A stretch of DNA of 64,000 bases from Marispirochaeta sp. (GCA_963676835.2 CAXXFF010000004.1:384001-448000); one strand, 5' to 3'. Shown: positions 31,434 to 41,808, counted from the stretch's first letter. Numbers and translations: made by a program. The notes: generated from the sequence alone by a model not told the origin.

Positions 31434-31775
31434 ATGAAAATGATAGAAGCCATAATACAGCCCGACTATCTTGCCGCGGTCAAGGCGGAGCTTATAAAGA
31501 ACAATGTAAGCAAAATGACGGTTTTCCACGTAAAGGGCTGCGGTCAGCAGATGGGTTACACCGAAAGCTACAGAGGACAGAAACACGACGTAAACCTGCT
31601 CTCAAAAGTCTGTATCCGTATTGCTGTGAACGATGACTTTGTACGGCCCGTTGTGGACTGCATAATCAAGGCAGCCAGAACCGGTGAGATAGGGGACGGA
31701 AAAATTTTTATCCAGCCCCTGGAGGAGTGCATCCGCATCCGCACCGGGGAATCCGGTGACGAGGCAATCGGGTAA
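31434..31775 (+). CDS. glnK: PII nitrogen regulatory protein
   Basis: MKMIEAIIQP, T-loop YTESYRG, TGEIGDGKIF and RIRTGE motifs; AAGGAG SD. Confidence 0.95.
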   Translation: MKMIEAIIQPDYLAAVKAELIKNNVSKMTVFHVKGCGQQMGYTESYRGQKHDVNLLSKVCIRIAVNDDFVRPVVDCIIKAARTGEIGDGKIFIQPLEECIRIRTGESGDEAIG

Positions 31776-31782
31776 ACCGGCG

Positions 31783-31815
31783 AGGGTGCTCTTTGCAGAA
31801 CCGCAGGAGCACCCT
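31783..31815. terminator. Hairpin between convergent glnK and DUF4349-like genes
   Basis: AGGGTGCTC...GAGCACCCT inverted repeat; the U-tract is weak. Confidence 0.5.
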
Positions 31816-31822
31816 GTATCAT

Positions 31823-32896
31823 TTAAAAAACGATATTTACCGTAAAATTACTGGTTAAGCCCCGCATGGTCTTTATACGGTCCTCATCAAGCGGAAAAAG
31901 ATATCCTGTCCGCATATCCACAATGACATACTTATTCTTGAAAAGCTCTACCCCTACATGGGGTTCGGCACAGAAGAAATGGGAAATTTCATCTTCCGAA
32001 GTAAGCACCATGCCGCCGAACTGAAATCCGCTGTAGGGATTCAGAAAAGTCCGTTTTCCCTGTCCCAGATAGCGGGGATAGAAGTCCTTGCCCAGACTAT
32101 AGGTAACAATGTCATTGGCCTGACTTGTAATCGAGGCATCACGGCCGGAAACAGGCTTAAGTATACCGACTGTAAAGAAGGATTTACCCAAGGTAAAAAG
32201 GTAGCGCAGCGCTCCACCGGCGTAAACTTCAGCGCTCTGACCGGATTCCGGATTTTCTATAACATAAAGAAAGGATTCCACCCCGGGCATATTGATAAAC
32301 TCGGGAAACATCTCATCGTCGTCGAGGTACTGCACGGTTTTCTCCGACACCGTAAGCCTCAGTTCAGAGAAGGCAACTTCTTTCTCAAGCGCCAGAGCAA
32401 GCTTGCCGCTGGCGTAGATCTGATCCTCTATGGCGCGAAGTTCCTTCCAGAGATGCTGATACTGCTCCGGGAATTTCTCTGCATCTACAGCATCAAGCTC
32501 CGCCTGATAAACATTCTGCCGGGCAAGAAGAAACTCCTGTTCATAGCGGGCGGCTTCAAGTTTATCCGTATTGTTGCTGGTCTCTATGTTCTTTGCCTGG
32601 GTAATACCCAGCTTTTCGAAAGCCTCCAGCACCGGTTCAAGAGAGCTGTCGCGCTGCAGCAGGGTATAGGTACTCCTGCGGCTTTGCTTGTCGATATCCA
32701 TGGAGTCAATTTCAAGTCCGAACTGCTGAATAAGGGCTGCAGCACTTTTATCTGCATCCTCAATATTGTTGACCACAACCAACAGAGAGGCCTTGCGGCT
32801 GAAACTGTCATATCCCACTGAACCAGAAGCGGCCTGCGCATAAAGAACTGCTCCGCAGATACAGATAAAAAGCACAACAGGCAAGAATTTCTTCAT
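31823..32896 (-). CDS. Exported DUF4349-like protein with beta-rich C-terminus
   Basis: Signal peptide, coiled coil ending KEVAFSELRLTVSE, amphipathic strands ending in Phe. Confidence 0.55.
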   Translation of the reverse strand: MKKFLPVVLFICICGAVLYAQAASGSVGYDSFSRKASLLVVVNNIEDADKSAAALIQQFGLEIDSMDIDKQSRRSTYTLLQRDSSLEPVLEAFEKLGITQAKNIETSNNTDKLEAARYEQEFLLARQNVYQAELDAVDAEKFPEQYQHLWKELRAIEDQIYASGKLALALEKEVAFSELRLTVSEKTVQYLDDDEMFPEFINMPGVESFLYVIENPESGQSAEVYAGGALRYLFTLGKSFFTVGILKPVSGRDASITSQANDIVTYSLGKDFYPRYLGQGKRTFLNPYSGFQFGGMVLTSEDEISHFFCAEPHVGVELFKNKYVIVDMRTGYLFPLDEDRIKTMRGLTSNFTVNIVF

Positions 32897-32940
32897 ACAT
32901 TTTCTCCTTTATTATCAGCTCCCCTCAATGCTGCAGAAGA

Positions 32941-33783
32941 CTACAGAAGAGAGACAAAACGCTCAATTGTTTTCGGTGCGGACCCTTCGTAATGGTTGTT
33001 GATATTAACCGTAACCTTTATATCCCTGCGGATAAGGTCACCCACCATAAGGGCAATATCCTCAAGACCAGCTTTCGGTTCAACAACCCGATCCCAGCGG
33101 TTTCCCGCCGCAGCTTCAATCTCTTTTCGGTCTCCACCTAAAAGACGCAGACAGGACTGCTGAGCTATGAGATTAGCAAATCTTTTATAGACTTCATATA
33201 CAGGGGGCATGTAAATTTTCTCCGAGAAAACATGAGCAACTCCTTTTTCCATGAGAAAAGAAAAATACTCCCTGTTCAGATAATTGCTGTTGCGGATCTC
33301 TACTCCGAGAGGGACCGGCGGGTTCCCAAGAGCCGTCAGAAATGCATCCATTTTTTCCAGGAACTGCCCCTGAGAAGCCATCTTCTGCCGGTTAAGATAT
33401 TCGAATTCCAGAATTATCATATCCATCTGAGGTAACAGCGGAGAACAGCCGTCAATATACTGGTGAAAAAGTACGGGGGAGAGAAACTCAGGGTTATCTG
33501 CTGCTTTCTGCCCCCGGGGACCGTTAAGCAGGGGCCGGGTTATGCGGCTGGTCAGCTTGGCGGTGAAGCGGAAATCTCCATCCACAGCCTCCCGGTATGA
33601 TGCGGCTTCATCGACTGTGGGGATTTTATAAAACCAGCTGTCGATCTCGGCCGTACGAAACCGGGATGCATACTCGGGCAGATAATCAACCGCCCTGCTC
33701 TGTTTCGAAGAGTACACAAGCCCCTTCCAGGAGTCATAATTCCATGAACAGCTACCGATTCTGAGAAGGTTTCCATCCGACAT
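32941..33783 (-). CDS. DUF72 (YecE-like) protein
   Basis: IGSCSWNYDSWKGLVY, EIDSWFY, FTAK, VEIRN and NNHYEG motifs. Confidence 0.88.
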   Translation of the reverse strand: MSDGNLLRIGSCSWNYDSWKGLVYSSKQSRAVDYLPEYASRFRTAEIDSWFYKIPTVDEAASYREAVDGDFRFTAKLTSRITRPLLNGPRGQKAADNPEFLSPVLFHQYIDGCSPLLPQMDMIILEFEYLNRQKMASQGQFLEKMDAFLTALGNPPVPLGVEIRNSNYLNREYFSFLMEKGVAHVFSEKIYMPPVYEVYKRFANLIAQQSCLRLLGGDRKEIEAAAGNRWDRVVEPKAGLEDIALMVGDLIRRDIKVTVNINNHYEGSAPKTIERFVSLL

Positions 33784-33838
33784 GGCTTAAATATACAAAG
33801 GGAACGTCTATAAACGTTCTATTTTTAGAGGTGACCTG

Positions 33839-33871
33839 AAAAAACCCTCCCGTGAAAAGAGAGGGAGGGTT
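33839..33871 (-). terminator. Rho-independent terminator after satP
   Basis: AACCCTCCC...GGGAGGGTT stem followed by a T-run on the minus strand. Confidence 0.7.
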
Positions 33872-33896
33872 CTGGAAAGAATCCGTAGACCTGGAT

Positions 33897-34457
33897 TTAC
33901 AGGGGCAGTACAGTTTTTCCGTATTCGTTATTAAGGGTCTGAGCCATGGCTCCGTAGATAGCGGAAAGACCGCAGAAAATTCCCTCAACACCGGCAACCT
34001 TGCCGAGGACAATCCCGAAGGTGCTTTCACCGGCAAACTTGTGAATGGCCAGCATGGCAAAAAGCAGCGTCAGGGAGCCGAAGATAATCCGGGTAGTCAT
34101 ATTGTGCTTCAGGGTTCCGATGAACATGTACAGGGTAAACAGTCCCCAGAGAGACAGATAGAAGCCCATGGCACTGGCGGGTGCACCACCAATTACAAAA
34201 ATTGCCACCAGGGTAAGCCAGAAGGCACCGTAGGAAGTAAAGGCAAGCCCACCGAAGGCATTTCCCTTCTTGTACTCGATAACCCCTGCAATCATCTGGG
34301 AAAGTCCGCCGTAGAAAACACCCATGGCAAGGATAACAATATTTACTTCAAAAAGACCCGCATTGTGCAGGTTCAAAAGAACAGTGGTCATTCCAAAGCC
34401 CATCAGCCCCAGGGGTGCGGGATTGGCGTAACCGCTTTTGTCGATTTCGTTACTCAT
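33897..34457 (-). CDS. satP: GPR1/FUN34/YaaH acetate-succinate channel
   Basis: ANPAPLGLMGFGMTT and SYGAFW signatures. Confidence 0.93.
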   Translation of the reverse strand: MSNEIDKSGYANPAPLGLMGFGMTTVLLNLHNAGLFEVNIVILAMGVFYGGLSQMIAGVIEYKKGNAFGGLAFTSYGAFWLTLVAIFVIGGAPASAMGFYLSLWGLFTLYMFIGTLKHNMTTRIIFGSLTLLFAMLAIHKFAGESTFGIVLGKVAGVEGIFCGLSAIYGAMAQTLNNEYGKTVLPL

Positions 34458-34515
34458 AATTTATTCCTCCGAGGTGAACTGTATAAACATATACCGCTGA
34501 TCTGTCAAGAAAGCC

Positions 34516-37500
34516 TTAAGGGCTTACACTTGCAATACGCCTGCGGATGGAACTGCTTACCGGGTCGAGCTCAAGAGCAGATTCATAGGTATCCCGGGCG
34601 AGAGCATCCCTCTTCAATTCTCTATACAGATCACCCAGGGCAATATACCCCTGGGTAAATTTCGGATCAAGAGAGAGGGCAGACCTGAAAAGCTCTTCAG
34701 CATGATCGTACTCTTCCATTTTTCGCAAGGCCCGGCCATACCAGACATAGGCCCAGGGATAATCAGGCATGGTTTCCAGACTGCGGGCAAAGGGCTCTCC
34801 GGCTTTTTCGTACTCTTTGTTCCGGTAGTAGGCCTTCCCCAGATCCATCCAGGCAGACCCATACTCCGGACGCGCCTTAACCACCTGCTCTAACAGTTCC
34901 GCAGACTCGGGGAATTTCTGAAGGTCGTAGAACATCTCAGCCAGATCCCTCTGCGCGGCAAGCGCCTCCTGCTGATTTGCGATAACAGTGCGGTAGATGC
35001 TCTCGGCATCATCAAAGCGTTCCAGCTTCTGCAGAACCCCCGCAAGATCCAGTGAAATATCCGGATCATCAGGTTGATAACCGGCCGCCTGGCGAAGATA
35101 TTTTTCGGCCTCATCCCATTCATCACCATCAGCATAGATCTTCCCGAGGCTGGAAAGCACATCAGCATTCCCGGGAAATTTCAGGACTGCTTCATGAAGG
35201 ATTTCCAGAGCGTCCTCCCTGCGGCCCTGACTGTACATCAAGGCTGCCAGCTGACTGGGCCATACCGGATTATTCGGATCATCCTCAATACGCTGCAGAT
35301 AAATTTCATCCGATTCATCCAGCATGGCAAGCTCGTCTTCCATCAAACGGCCAATCCCCGGATCGATATTCAGAGCCATGGAATAACTCTCTTCCGCCCG
35401 GGCATAATTACCAAGTGCCTGATAGACTTTACCGGTGTTGTACCAGATAAACTCATTATCCTGAATCGATTCCAGTGCGGCATTCATATAATCCAGGGCT
35501 TCCGGATAACGGCCAAGAACATAGAGCTCTTTTCCGGCAAGGTAACGCAGATAAGGATCAGGATCCTCATCTGCACTGTAAGCCCGGGTAAAAGCATTCA
35601 ATGCTTCAAAGTGCCGGTCAAGATCGGAGAGAAGGGAACCAAGCTCTTTCCAGCCCTTTCCATAGGCCGGATTCAGCGAAACTGCTATTTCGTACTGCTC
35701 GACGGCGGGTGAAAAATCCCCAAGCTTCTCATACTGAAGAGCCAGGTTGAAATGCAGCTCTTCCGCATCCGGATTAATCTCTACAGCTTCTAGAAGAAGA
35801 TCCCTCGCCTCCTCTACCCTGTTCCTGGATGACAACAGTGCCGAGAGGTTCATCCAGTAGACATGCTGTTCCGGCTCAAGAGCGAGGGCCCGGCGGTATG
35901 CCTTCTCCGCCTCATCGGGGTTGCCAAGATTACGCTGCAGCAGGGCAAGATTAAACCATGCGGTGGTATACTCCGGATTAAGCTTGAGCACAAGAAGGTA
36001 TTCCTCAAGGGCCGACGGTTCATCTCCCAGCTTGCGGTACTGTACAGCCAGATTAAGCCTGGACTTGATATCTTCCGGATTCAAAGCAAGGGCCTGATGA
36101 TAGGCATCAACGGAAGCATTCAGATTTCCCCTTAAGCCCTCGGTAACCCCCAGATTATACCAGGCTTCCTGGTAGCCGTCGTTAATTTCAAGAGCTTTTG
36201 CAAAGGCGGCCTCCGCCGCATCATACTCCTCCATGGAGAGGCGGGTAACGCCGAGGTTATACCAGGCACGGTCATACCAGGGTGCTGCCGCAATGGCTGT
36301 TTCGTAGGCTTCCACCGCTTCGGGAAGCTTTTCCTGAGAGGAAAATACCAGCCCGAGATTGTTCATAGCCTCCACAAAGGGATGCTCCGAACTCTCCCAT
36401 GCCTGCCGGAACATCTCCTCCGCCGCAGCATTTTTATTCTGTTGAAAATAGATCCGGCCCCGCTGAAAAAGAACGTTGGCGTACTGGGGGTCTGATTCAG
36501 CAATAAGATCAAGCTGCCCGAGGGCCGTCCTCTGCTCACCGAGATCAATGTAGATTTTCGCAAGCTCAAGCCTGAGAGTTCCGGAATCCGGAAAAAGAGG
36601 CAGCGCATCCGAAAGAACAACCACAGCCTGATCCCTGTCGCCTTCCTTAAGCTCCAGTTCCGCAAGGCCCAGATAGACTTCAGGAACATTACTGTCCAGG
36701 CGCAGAACTTCTCCGTACACTGCTCTGGCCTCATCCGATCTTCCCAGGTTCTGTCCAAGGAGTTCCGCCAGGGCAAGTCTGGCACTGACAGCGGCAGGTT
36801 CCAGAAGAATGGATTCATTCAATACACCCTGCGCCTCTTCAAAACGGCCTGCAGCCATCAGACTCTTTCCGAGCACCCTGTAGGCAGCTGCTTTCTTAAT
36901 CCCCCCTGCATACCCGACTGCCCTGCGCAGATAGGTTTCCGCTTCACTCTGCCTGCCGGTGTTGAAAAAAAGAACACCGAGATTATAGGCTGCTTCAAAA
37001 TAGTTCGGCCTGAGGGCAAGAGCTTTCTGATACGCCCCCAGTGCATCCAGTGTTCTCCCTGCGGCGCTTGTCATAATCCCGAGATAGAGATAATAACGGG
37101 CGGTTTGCCTGCGGTCCTCCGCCATGGACTCAAGCAGGTCCAGCGCCGAAGCTGGTCCGTCCTTTTTCATCAGCAGAAATACATCAAAAAACGCAGCATC
37201 TGCCGATGCGGCTTCTTCCGGGTGAAGAACCTTCCAGGCAGTCCACTCTTTCTCAATCTGTTGCGGATCCTCCAGAGACAGTCTTTCCTGAAAATCCGTA
37301 ACATCCCGCACTGCAGATTCTCCGGCAAAAACCTCCTGCCGGATATTGTTCCTGTTCACCCCGCCGAAATCACGGGCCTGGGTATTGATGGAAACCATTA
37401 GAGGTTCAGATTTTATCCGGTGAGCGGCATATTCAAAATGGCCAAGCCCCAGAAGCAGAAGCGAAACTGCGGAGAGAATTTTTACCGGTGAACGCTGCCA

Positions 37501-37524
37501 GAGCAGCCGGGCGGTGCTGTTCAT
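34516..37524 (-). CDS. 1002-aa multi-TPR protein with N-terminal signal/TM
   Basis: More than 20 TPR-like repeats (AAYNLG, AWYNLG, AWFNLA); ATGA-coupled to the ATP-grasp gene. Confidence 0.88.
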   Translation of the reverse strand: MNSTARLLWQRSPVKILSAVSLLLLGLGHFEYAAHRIKSEPLMVSINTQARDFGGVNRNNIRQEVFAGESAVRDVTDFQERLSLEDPQQIEKEWTAWKVLHPEEAASADAAFFDVFLLMKKDGPASALDLLESMAEDRRQTARYYLYLGIMTSAAGRTLDALGAYQKALALRPNYFEAAYNLGVLFFNTGRQSEAETYLRRAVGYAGGIKKAAAYRVLGKSLMAAGRFEEAQGVLNESILLEPAAVSARLALAELLGQNLGRSDEARAVYGEVLRLDSNVPEVYLGLAELELKEGDRDQAVVVLSDALPLFPDSGTLRLELAKIYIDLGEQRTALGQLDLIAESDPQYANVLFQRGRIYFQQNKNAAAEEMFRQAWESSEHPFVEAMNNLGLVFSSQEKLPEAVEAYETAIAAAPWYDRAWYNLGVTRLSMEEYDAAEAAFAKALEINDGYQEAWYNLGVTEGLRGNLNASVDAYHQALALNPEDIKSRLNLAVQYRKLGDEPSALEEYLLVLKLNPEYTTAWFNLALLQRNLGNPDEAEKAYRRALALEPEQHVYWMNLSALLSSRNRVEEARDLLLEAVEINPDAEELHFNLALQYEKLGDFSPAVEQYEIAVSLNPAYGKGWKELGSLLSDLDRHFEALNAFTRAYSADEDPDPYLRYLAGKELYVLGRYPEALDYMNAALESIQDNEFIWYNTGKVYQALGNYARAEESYSMALNIDPGIGRLMEDELAMLDESDEIYLQRIEDDPNNPVWPSQLAALMYSQGRREDALEILHEAVLKFPGNADVLSSLGKIYADGDEWDEAEKYLRQAAGYQPDDPDISLDLAGVLQKLERFDDAESIYRTVIANQQEALAAQRDLAEMFYDLQKFPESAELLEQVVKARPEYGSAWMDLGKAYYRNKEYEKAGEPFARSLETMPDYPWAYVWYGRALRKMEEYDHAEELFRSALSLDPKFTQGYIALGDLYRELKRDALARDTYESALELDPVSSSIRRRIASVSP

Positions 37525-38387
37525 AGAGCATCCTCCAGAACTGTTCTCAGGCCTGTACCGTTTACCACCTGGATTTCCAGCCCCGGGCGGGCATTGAGTT
37601 CGAGAACAAGGGGACCCCGTTCAGCATCAATAACAATATCAACACCTACATAGCCTAAGTTTACACAGGAGGCAGCCTTTACGGCTGTTTCCAACACATC
37701 CGGCCACAGGGGAAGCACCCTGCCGCGAAACTCAACCTGCGAATCCGGGTGGAGAGATATGGATTCTCCTTTAAGGGATCCAGCGGAAAGCATCCCGTCT
37801 GCCAGGGAAACAGCAATACCGACAGCCCCCTGATGCAGATTCGCCTTCCCGTCGGACCGGCTGGTGGGTACCCGTAGCATGGCCATCACCGGTTCGCCTT
37901 TCAGAACAATAATACGCAGATCCGCAACCCCCCGGTCGTAGATGGTATGGAAAAAATCATGCGGAATGATCCGCTCCTCAACCAGAGCTTTATCAGTGGG
38001 ATTACCGAAGGAGAAAACACCGAAAAGAATATCACCAATATGCTTCAGAATAGCATCCCGGCCCATAATCCTGCCCGAAGGGGTTGAGAAGCTGCCTTCC
38101 CCCATATTCTGCAGCACCAGAATGCCGCCGCCGCCTTTACCCATGGTTGGTTTGATAACGATATTCTCAAGCTGAATCAACTGTTCCCAGACTGCGTCAA
38201 TCTCCACATAGGAATCGATGACTGCATGGGTACGCGGCACAGGAACAGAGGAATCCTCAAGCAGAGTCTTCGTCTGAAGTTTATCGTCTGCCTGGGGAAA
38301 ATACTTTCTCCGGTTCAGGGGCTGAATTATCTCAAGGTTGCGATGGTTTATGCCCATGAGGCCCGCAAGACTCTCCGGATGAATCAT
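37521..38387 (-). CDS. ATP-grasp ligase (alpha-L-glutamate ligase-like, RimK-related)
   Basis: GINHRN...DDKLQTK, IKPTMGKGGGGI, DLRII, KANLHQGA, GVD and LELNARPGLEIQ motifs. Confidence 0.9.
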   Translation of the reverse strand: MIHPESLAGLMGINHRNLEIIQPLNRRKYFPQADDKLQTKTLLEDSSVPVPRTHAVIDSYVEIDAVWEQLIQLENIVIKPTMGKGGGGILVLQNMGEGSFSTPSGRIMGRDAILKHIGDILFGVFSFGNPTDKALVEERIIPHDFFHTIYDRGVADLRIIVLKGEPVMAMLRVPTSRSDGKANLHQGAVGIAVSLADGMLSAGSLKGESISLHPDSQVEFRGRVLPLWPDVLETAVKAASCVNLGYVGVDIVIDAERGPLVLELNARPGLEIQVVNGTGLRTVLEDAL

Positions 38388-39988
38388 GGTGCGCTCCTTC
38401 TGAAAATAAGCCCTCTGAAGCGGTAGAACTCGAGAAGCCGTATGCCTATCCAGCTGCCGATCCAGAGGTCCATGGCAATCACGCCGAGCAGCAGTTCCGG
38501 AAAGGCGAGAACAAGAGAACGGAGGGCAACAGAGCTCATTACCAGATAGCAGGCGATGATCACCACAAGAGTCTGGAGCATGGTGGTTAACATTTTCCCC
38601 ATACCTTCTTCACTTATAGTCAAAGCGATCCGCTCCGAAGTCAGAGTCAGTATGGCCACCGGAAACAGGGTGGTCGAGTTCAGCGCCGTCAGCCCTTCCA
38701 GTTCCCACAGCCGGGCGAGAAAAGAGACCAGAATAAGGCTGAAGATAACTCCGATCATCATGATCGCCAGCTTGGGGGTATGCAGAAGCCCCAGCTTATC
38801 CAGTGGGTAGCGCATAATAACTGTAAGACCGAGAACAAGAAGGAAGGCAAGCATGCCCTGGACTATCCCCGTCTCCTGGACAGCCATGGCCATTAATGCC
38901 GGCAGAAAAGTACCGAAAGTCCGCAATCCTATAACATTTTTAAACAGAACCACAAACAGCACACCAAAGGGTATCACCAGCAGAAACTGCAGGATTCGCA
39001 GCGAAACACCCTGATCAACAAGCCCCTTTACCAGCTGATACAGGTTCCAGGAACGGCTGTCGAGAAAACCTGCCAGACGCACATTGGTAACATCACTGAC
39101 GGAAATGGTAAAAAGATAGTCAAACCCGATATTTCTGGAATGGCTGAACAGGGCCTCGTCACCCCGGTAGAGAGCAAGGTAATTTTCCGGAAGTTCTGCA
39201 AAATGATGATTCAGGGTATCGAATGGCACCCAGTACCCGCCGATATACACTTCTGCCCACTGGTGACTTGTCCGTTTGGTCCCGGTGGTCATAATCAAGC
39301 CCCCCACAAGACGGGAAGGAATGCCGAGCTGACGCATCATGGCCACAAAGAGCCTGCTTTTGCCGTTGCAGCTGGCTTCTCCCAGCTTCATTGCCGTCAG
39401 GGCATCGGTGGTACCCTTGAAAGGTCTGGATCCAAGATCATCAACATATTCAAAAATATGCCCTATAACCGTCAGCAGGTTGTCGGAATTGCCTGCAAGT
39501 TCCCTCACCTTCTCTACGATCAGGGGATCATTCACCTGTATGACTTCCGTGGGAATAAGGAAATCGCGGAACTGTTCCGGATAGGAATCGAGGAGCTTCA
39601 AGTCGGGAGAAACAGCGTACTCAACCGCACGGGATCTGACAGAATAACTCACATTAATGGAATAGGGACCTTCCGCCTGAAAACGGGTCCAGTCGCCCCG
39701 GGAGAAGAGCCCGGTGTTTTCCCGGGAAAAGTTCAGATCAGGAGCTTCCAGAAGTTCCTCACTGATGGTCTGCCTGTCCGTGTCCGCCGGAAGAAAGGTA
39801 CGGACAACCACATCATCTCCGTTTCCGGAAAAACTCATCCGCAGCCGTACATGATAGCTGCTCTGAGGAACCAGCGATTCAAATGAATAATTCCAGACAA
39901 ACAGCTTCAATGCCATAAGGGTCAGCATGGCAAGAACAAGGAGAACCATTATTCCCCGGATAACCAGATGCCTGGAGATGGTTTTCAC
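38384..39988 (-). CDS. Transglutaminase-like domain fused to 7-TM domain
   Basis: N-terminal TM; TG core ASCNGKS...GIPSRLVGG...HQWAEVY...WVPFD; 7TM with KNVIGLRTFGTFLPAL, FPVAILT..ER and FPELL. GTG start at 39988 with GGAGG SD. Confidence 0.88.
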   Translation of the reverse strand: MKTISRHLVIRGIMVLLVLAMLTLMALKLFVWNYSFESLVPQSSYHVRLRMSFSGNGDDVVVRTFLPADTDRQTISEELLEAPDLNFSRENTGLFSRGDWTRFQAEGPYSINVSYSVRSRAVEYAVSPDLKLLDSYPEQFRDFLIPTEVIQVNDPLIVEKVRELAGNSDNLLTVIGHIFEYVDDLGSRPFKGTTDALTAMKLGEASCNGKSRLFVAMMRQLGIPSRLVGGLIMTTGTKRTSHQWAEVYIGGYWVPFDTLNHHFAELPENYLALYRGDEALFSHSRNIGFDYLFTISVSDVTNVRLAGFLDSRSWNLYQLVKGLVDQGVSLRILQFLLVIPFGVLFVVLFKNVIGLRTFGTFLPALMAMAVQETGIVQGMLAFLLVLGLTVIMRYPLDKLGLLHTPKLAIMMIGVIFSLILVSFLARLWELEGLTALNSTTLFPVAILTLTSERIALTISEEGMGKMLTTMLQTLVVIIACYLVMSSVALRSLVLAFPELLLGVIAMDLWIGSWIGIRLLEFYRFRGLIFRRSAP

Positions 39989-39993
39989 AGCAC

Positions 39994-41808
39994 TCAGTCC
40001 TCCCACCTGAAGCCGACACTCATCCCCCAGAAGCTGTAATTGGTTGCATAGAAATCTTCATAGGTATGGTTGGAAACGGACTGCCTGTATGACAGATCAA
40101 AAAGCAGGGAAAACCGGCCCCTTGTATCAGAATCCGCCAGAATAATTAGATTATCCCAGGACGCTTCAAAACCGGTATCCTGCCGGGTTTCTCCAGTAAA
40201 TGCCTGAAGCTCATCCCTGGCGGGATAGTTGATAAAGTTGCGCAGATCAAGAATCAGACCAATGCCCGAACGTAAGGACCCCTTTTTATAAGAGGTATCA
40301 GCTTTCAGCTGATAACTCATGTAGTCAAAATAGTCCGCAACAAACTGATCTGCGGGTGTTCCCGAAACAAGATAGTCATAATTAAATGTTTTCAGGTACT
40401 CCACCCCTGCACCAAGGGAAACATCAAGGCCCGGCAGAACTTCACTGCCCAGTTCGAGGTCGAAGGCATTACTCAGATACTGCCGGGTACCGGGGTCAGT
40501 GCCTCCGGCGGCAGTATCGAAGTGAGCATCCAGGTAATACTTCCAGAACACCGTGTAATCAATCTTTAACCAGGAATCCGGTGTAAGCTGATAATAATAG
40601 TAGGGGCTGAAATTAGCCTTGGCATAATCAATAGTATTTCCGGCATTGATATAATCCGGATAGGTCACCAGGGAAATATAGGTGTCCGTTCCTATCCTGG
40701 CGAATCTGCTGATGTTCGCATCCAGCTGATGTCGGATTTTCCCTTTATAGTTTGTATCACCATCGTCCTCAGCCAGGGATAGATCTCCTTCCAGACTGAT
40801 GGACTGTTCCATATAATACTTCGATCCCCAGCGAATACCTGCAGAGGCTGAAAGGCTCTCTTCAGCCTGAATAAGCCTGGTATTACCAGTCTCGTCAGCA
40901 GGAAAATTGAATGTCTTGAAGGCAAAGGGATCATGAATATAGCGCCCGTCCCAGTCAAAATACATCAGGGGACTTATGGGTAATGAACCGGAAAGCTTCA
41001 GATCAAGTTCCCAGGAGGGAGTTGAAGCATATGAGTTGTAAGCCCCGGCCGCTGCAAATGCATAGTTAAATTTTGTCTTTCCGGCAGAAACTTCGGCAAT
41101 GTCCTGCTCCAGGGCAGCTGATTTTTCATATGACCCGGGGAAGCTGTTCTGCATTTCTGCAAGATATTCCTCTGCTTTTGCCAGCCACTCCTCAACATTT
41201 CCGGCTGTTTTTCCAAGGCCCGCCAGACGTACTGCAAACTTGACCCGGTACTCCATGAGAGTCTCAATGGTATCTTCATCCAGCTCCATGGCAAGAAGAG
41301 TATCTGCAGTATCTATACCGGCAGTCCACACGTCCTCCGCCGCAGAGCCGAAGCCGCCGGATCTGGCATGAACACCGGCAAGCAGATAACCTTTCATCAA
41401 CACCGGTATTGCACGGTTAAAATAATTATCCGGCTTAAGGGAAAAAATGAGGGGGACAGCAGCGTCGGGTATATCATCTTCCCTGTCCAGGTGATCATAC
41501 AACTTAAGCAGATCAGAAAGCGACTCGGTTCTCCTGTTGCTCGTTTCATCCTTAAGAACAGTTAGAAAAGCTGCTTCACTTTCGCCAAAAAGGTTAAGCT
41601 TCCAGTAGATTCGGCCAAGGTACCAGAGAGCATCATCAGCCTTTGCACTGAGAGCCTGCTCATCCCTGAATTGTTCCAGAGATTGGCGGGCACCATCAAA
41701 CTCGTCATTTCGGTACTGCTCCTGCCCTGTGCGGTAAAGATCATCCTGTTGGGAAAAAAGCGGCAGGGAAAATAATGCTAAAAGGATACTATATATAAAA
41801 TATCGCAT
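39994..41808 (-). CDS. Exported protein with N-terminal TPR and probable C-terminal outer-membrane beta-barrel
   Basis: Signal peptide (PLFS-Q), ADDALWYLG TPR, aromatic/Asp-rich strands ending WGMSVGFRWED. Confidence 0.65.
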   Translation of the reverse strand: MRYFIYSILLALFSLPLFSQQDDLYRTGQEQYRNDEFDGARQSLEQFRDEQALSAKADDALWYLGRIYWKLNLFGESEAAFLTVLKDETSNRRTESLSDLLKLYDHLDREDDIPDAAVPLIFSLKPDNYFNRAIPVLMKGYLLAGVHARSGGFGSAAEDVWTAGIDTADTLLAMELDEDTIETLMEYRVKFAVRLAGLGKTAGNVEEWLAKAEEYLAEMQNSFPGSYEKSAALEQDIAEVSAGKTKFNYAFAAAGAYNSYASTPSWELDLKLSGSLPISPLMYFDWDGRYIHDPFAFKTFNFPADETGNTRLIQAEESLSASAGIRWGSKYYMEQSISLEGDLSLAEDDGDTNYKGKIRHQLDANISRFARIGTDTYISLVTYPDYINAGNTIDYAKANFSPYYYYQLTPDSWLKIDYTVFWKYYLDAHFDTAAGGTDPGTRQYLSNAFDLELGSEVLPGLDVSLGAGVEYLKTFNYDYLVSGTPADQFVADYFDYMSYQLKADTSYKKGSLRSGIGLILDLRNFINYPARDELQAFTGETRQDTGFEASWDNLIILADSDTRGRFSLLFDLSYRQSVSNHTYEDFYATNYSFWGMSVGFRWED

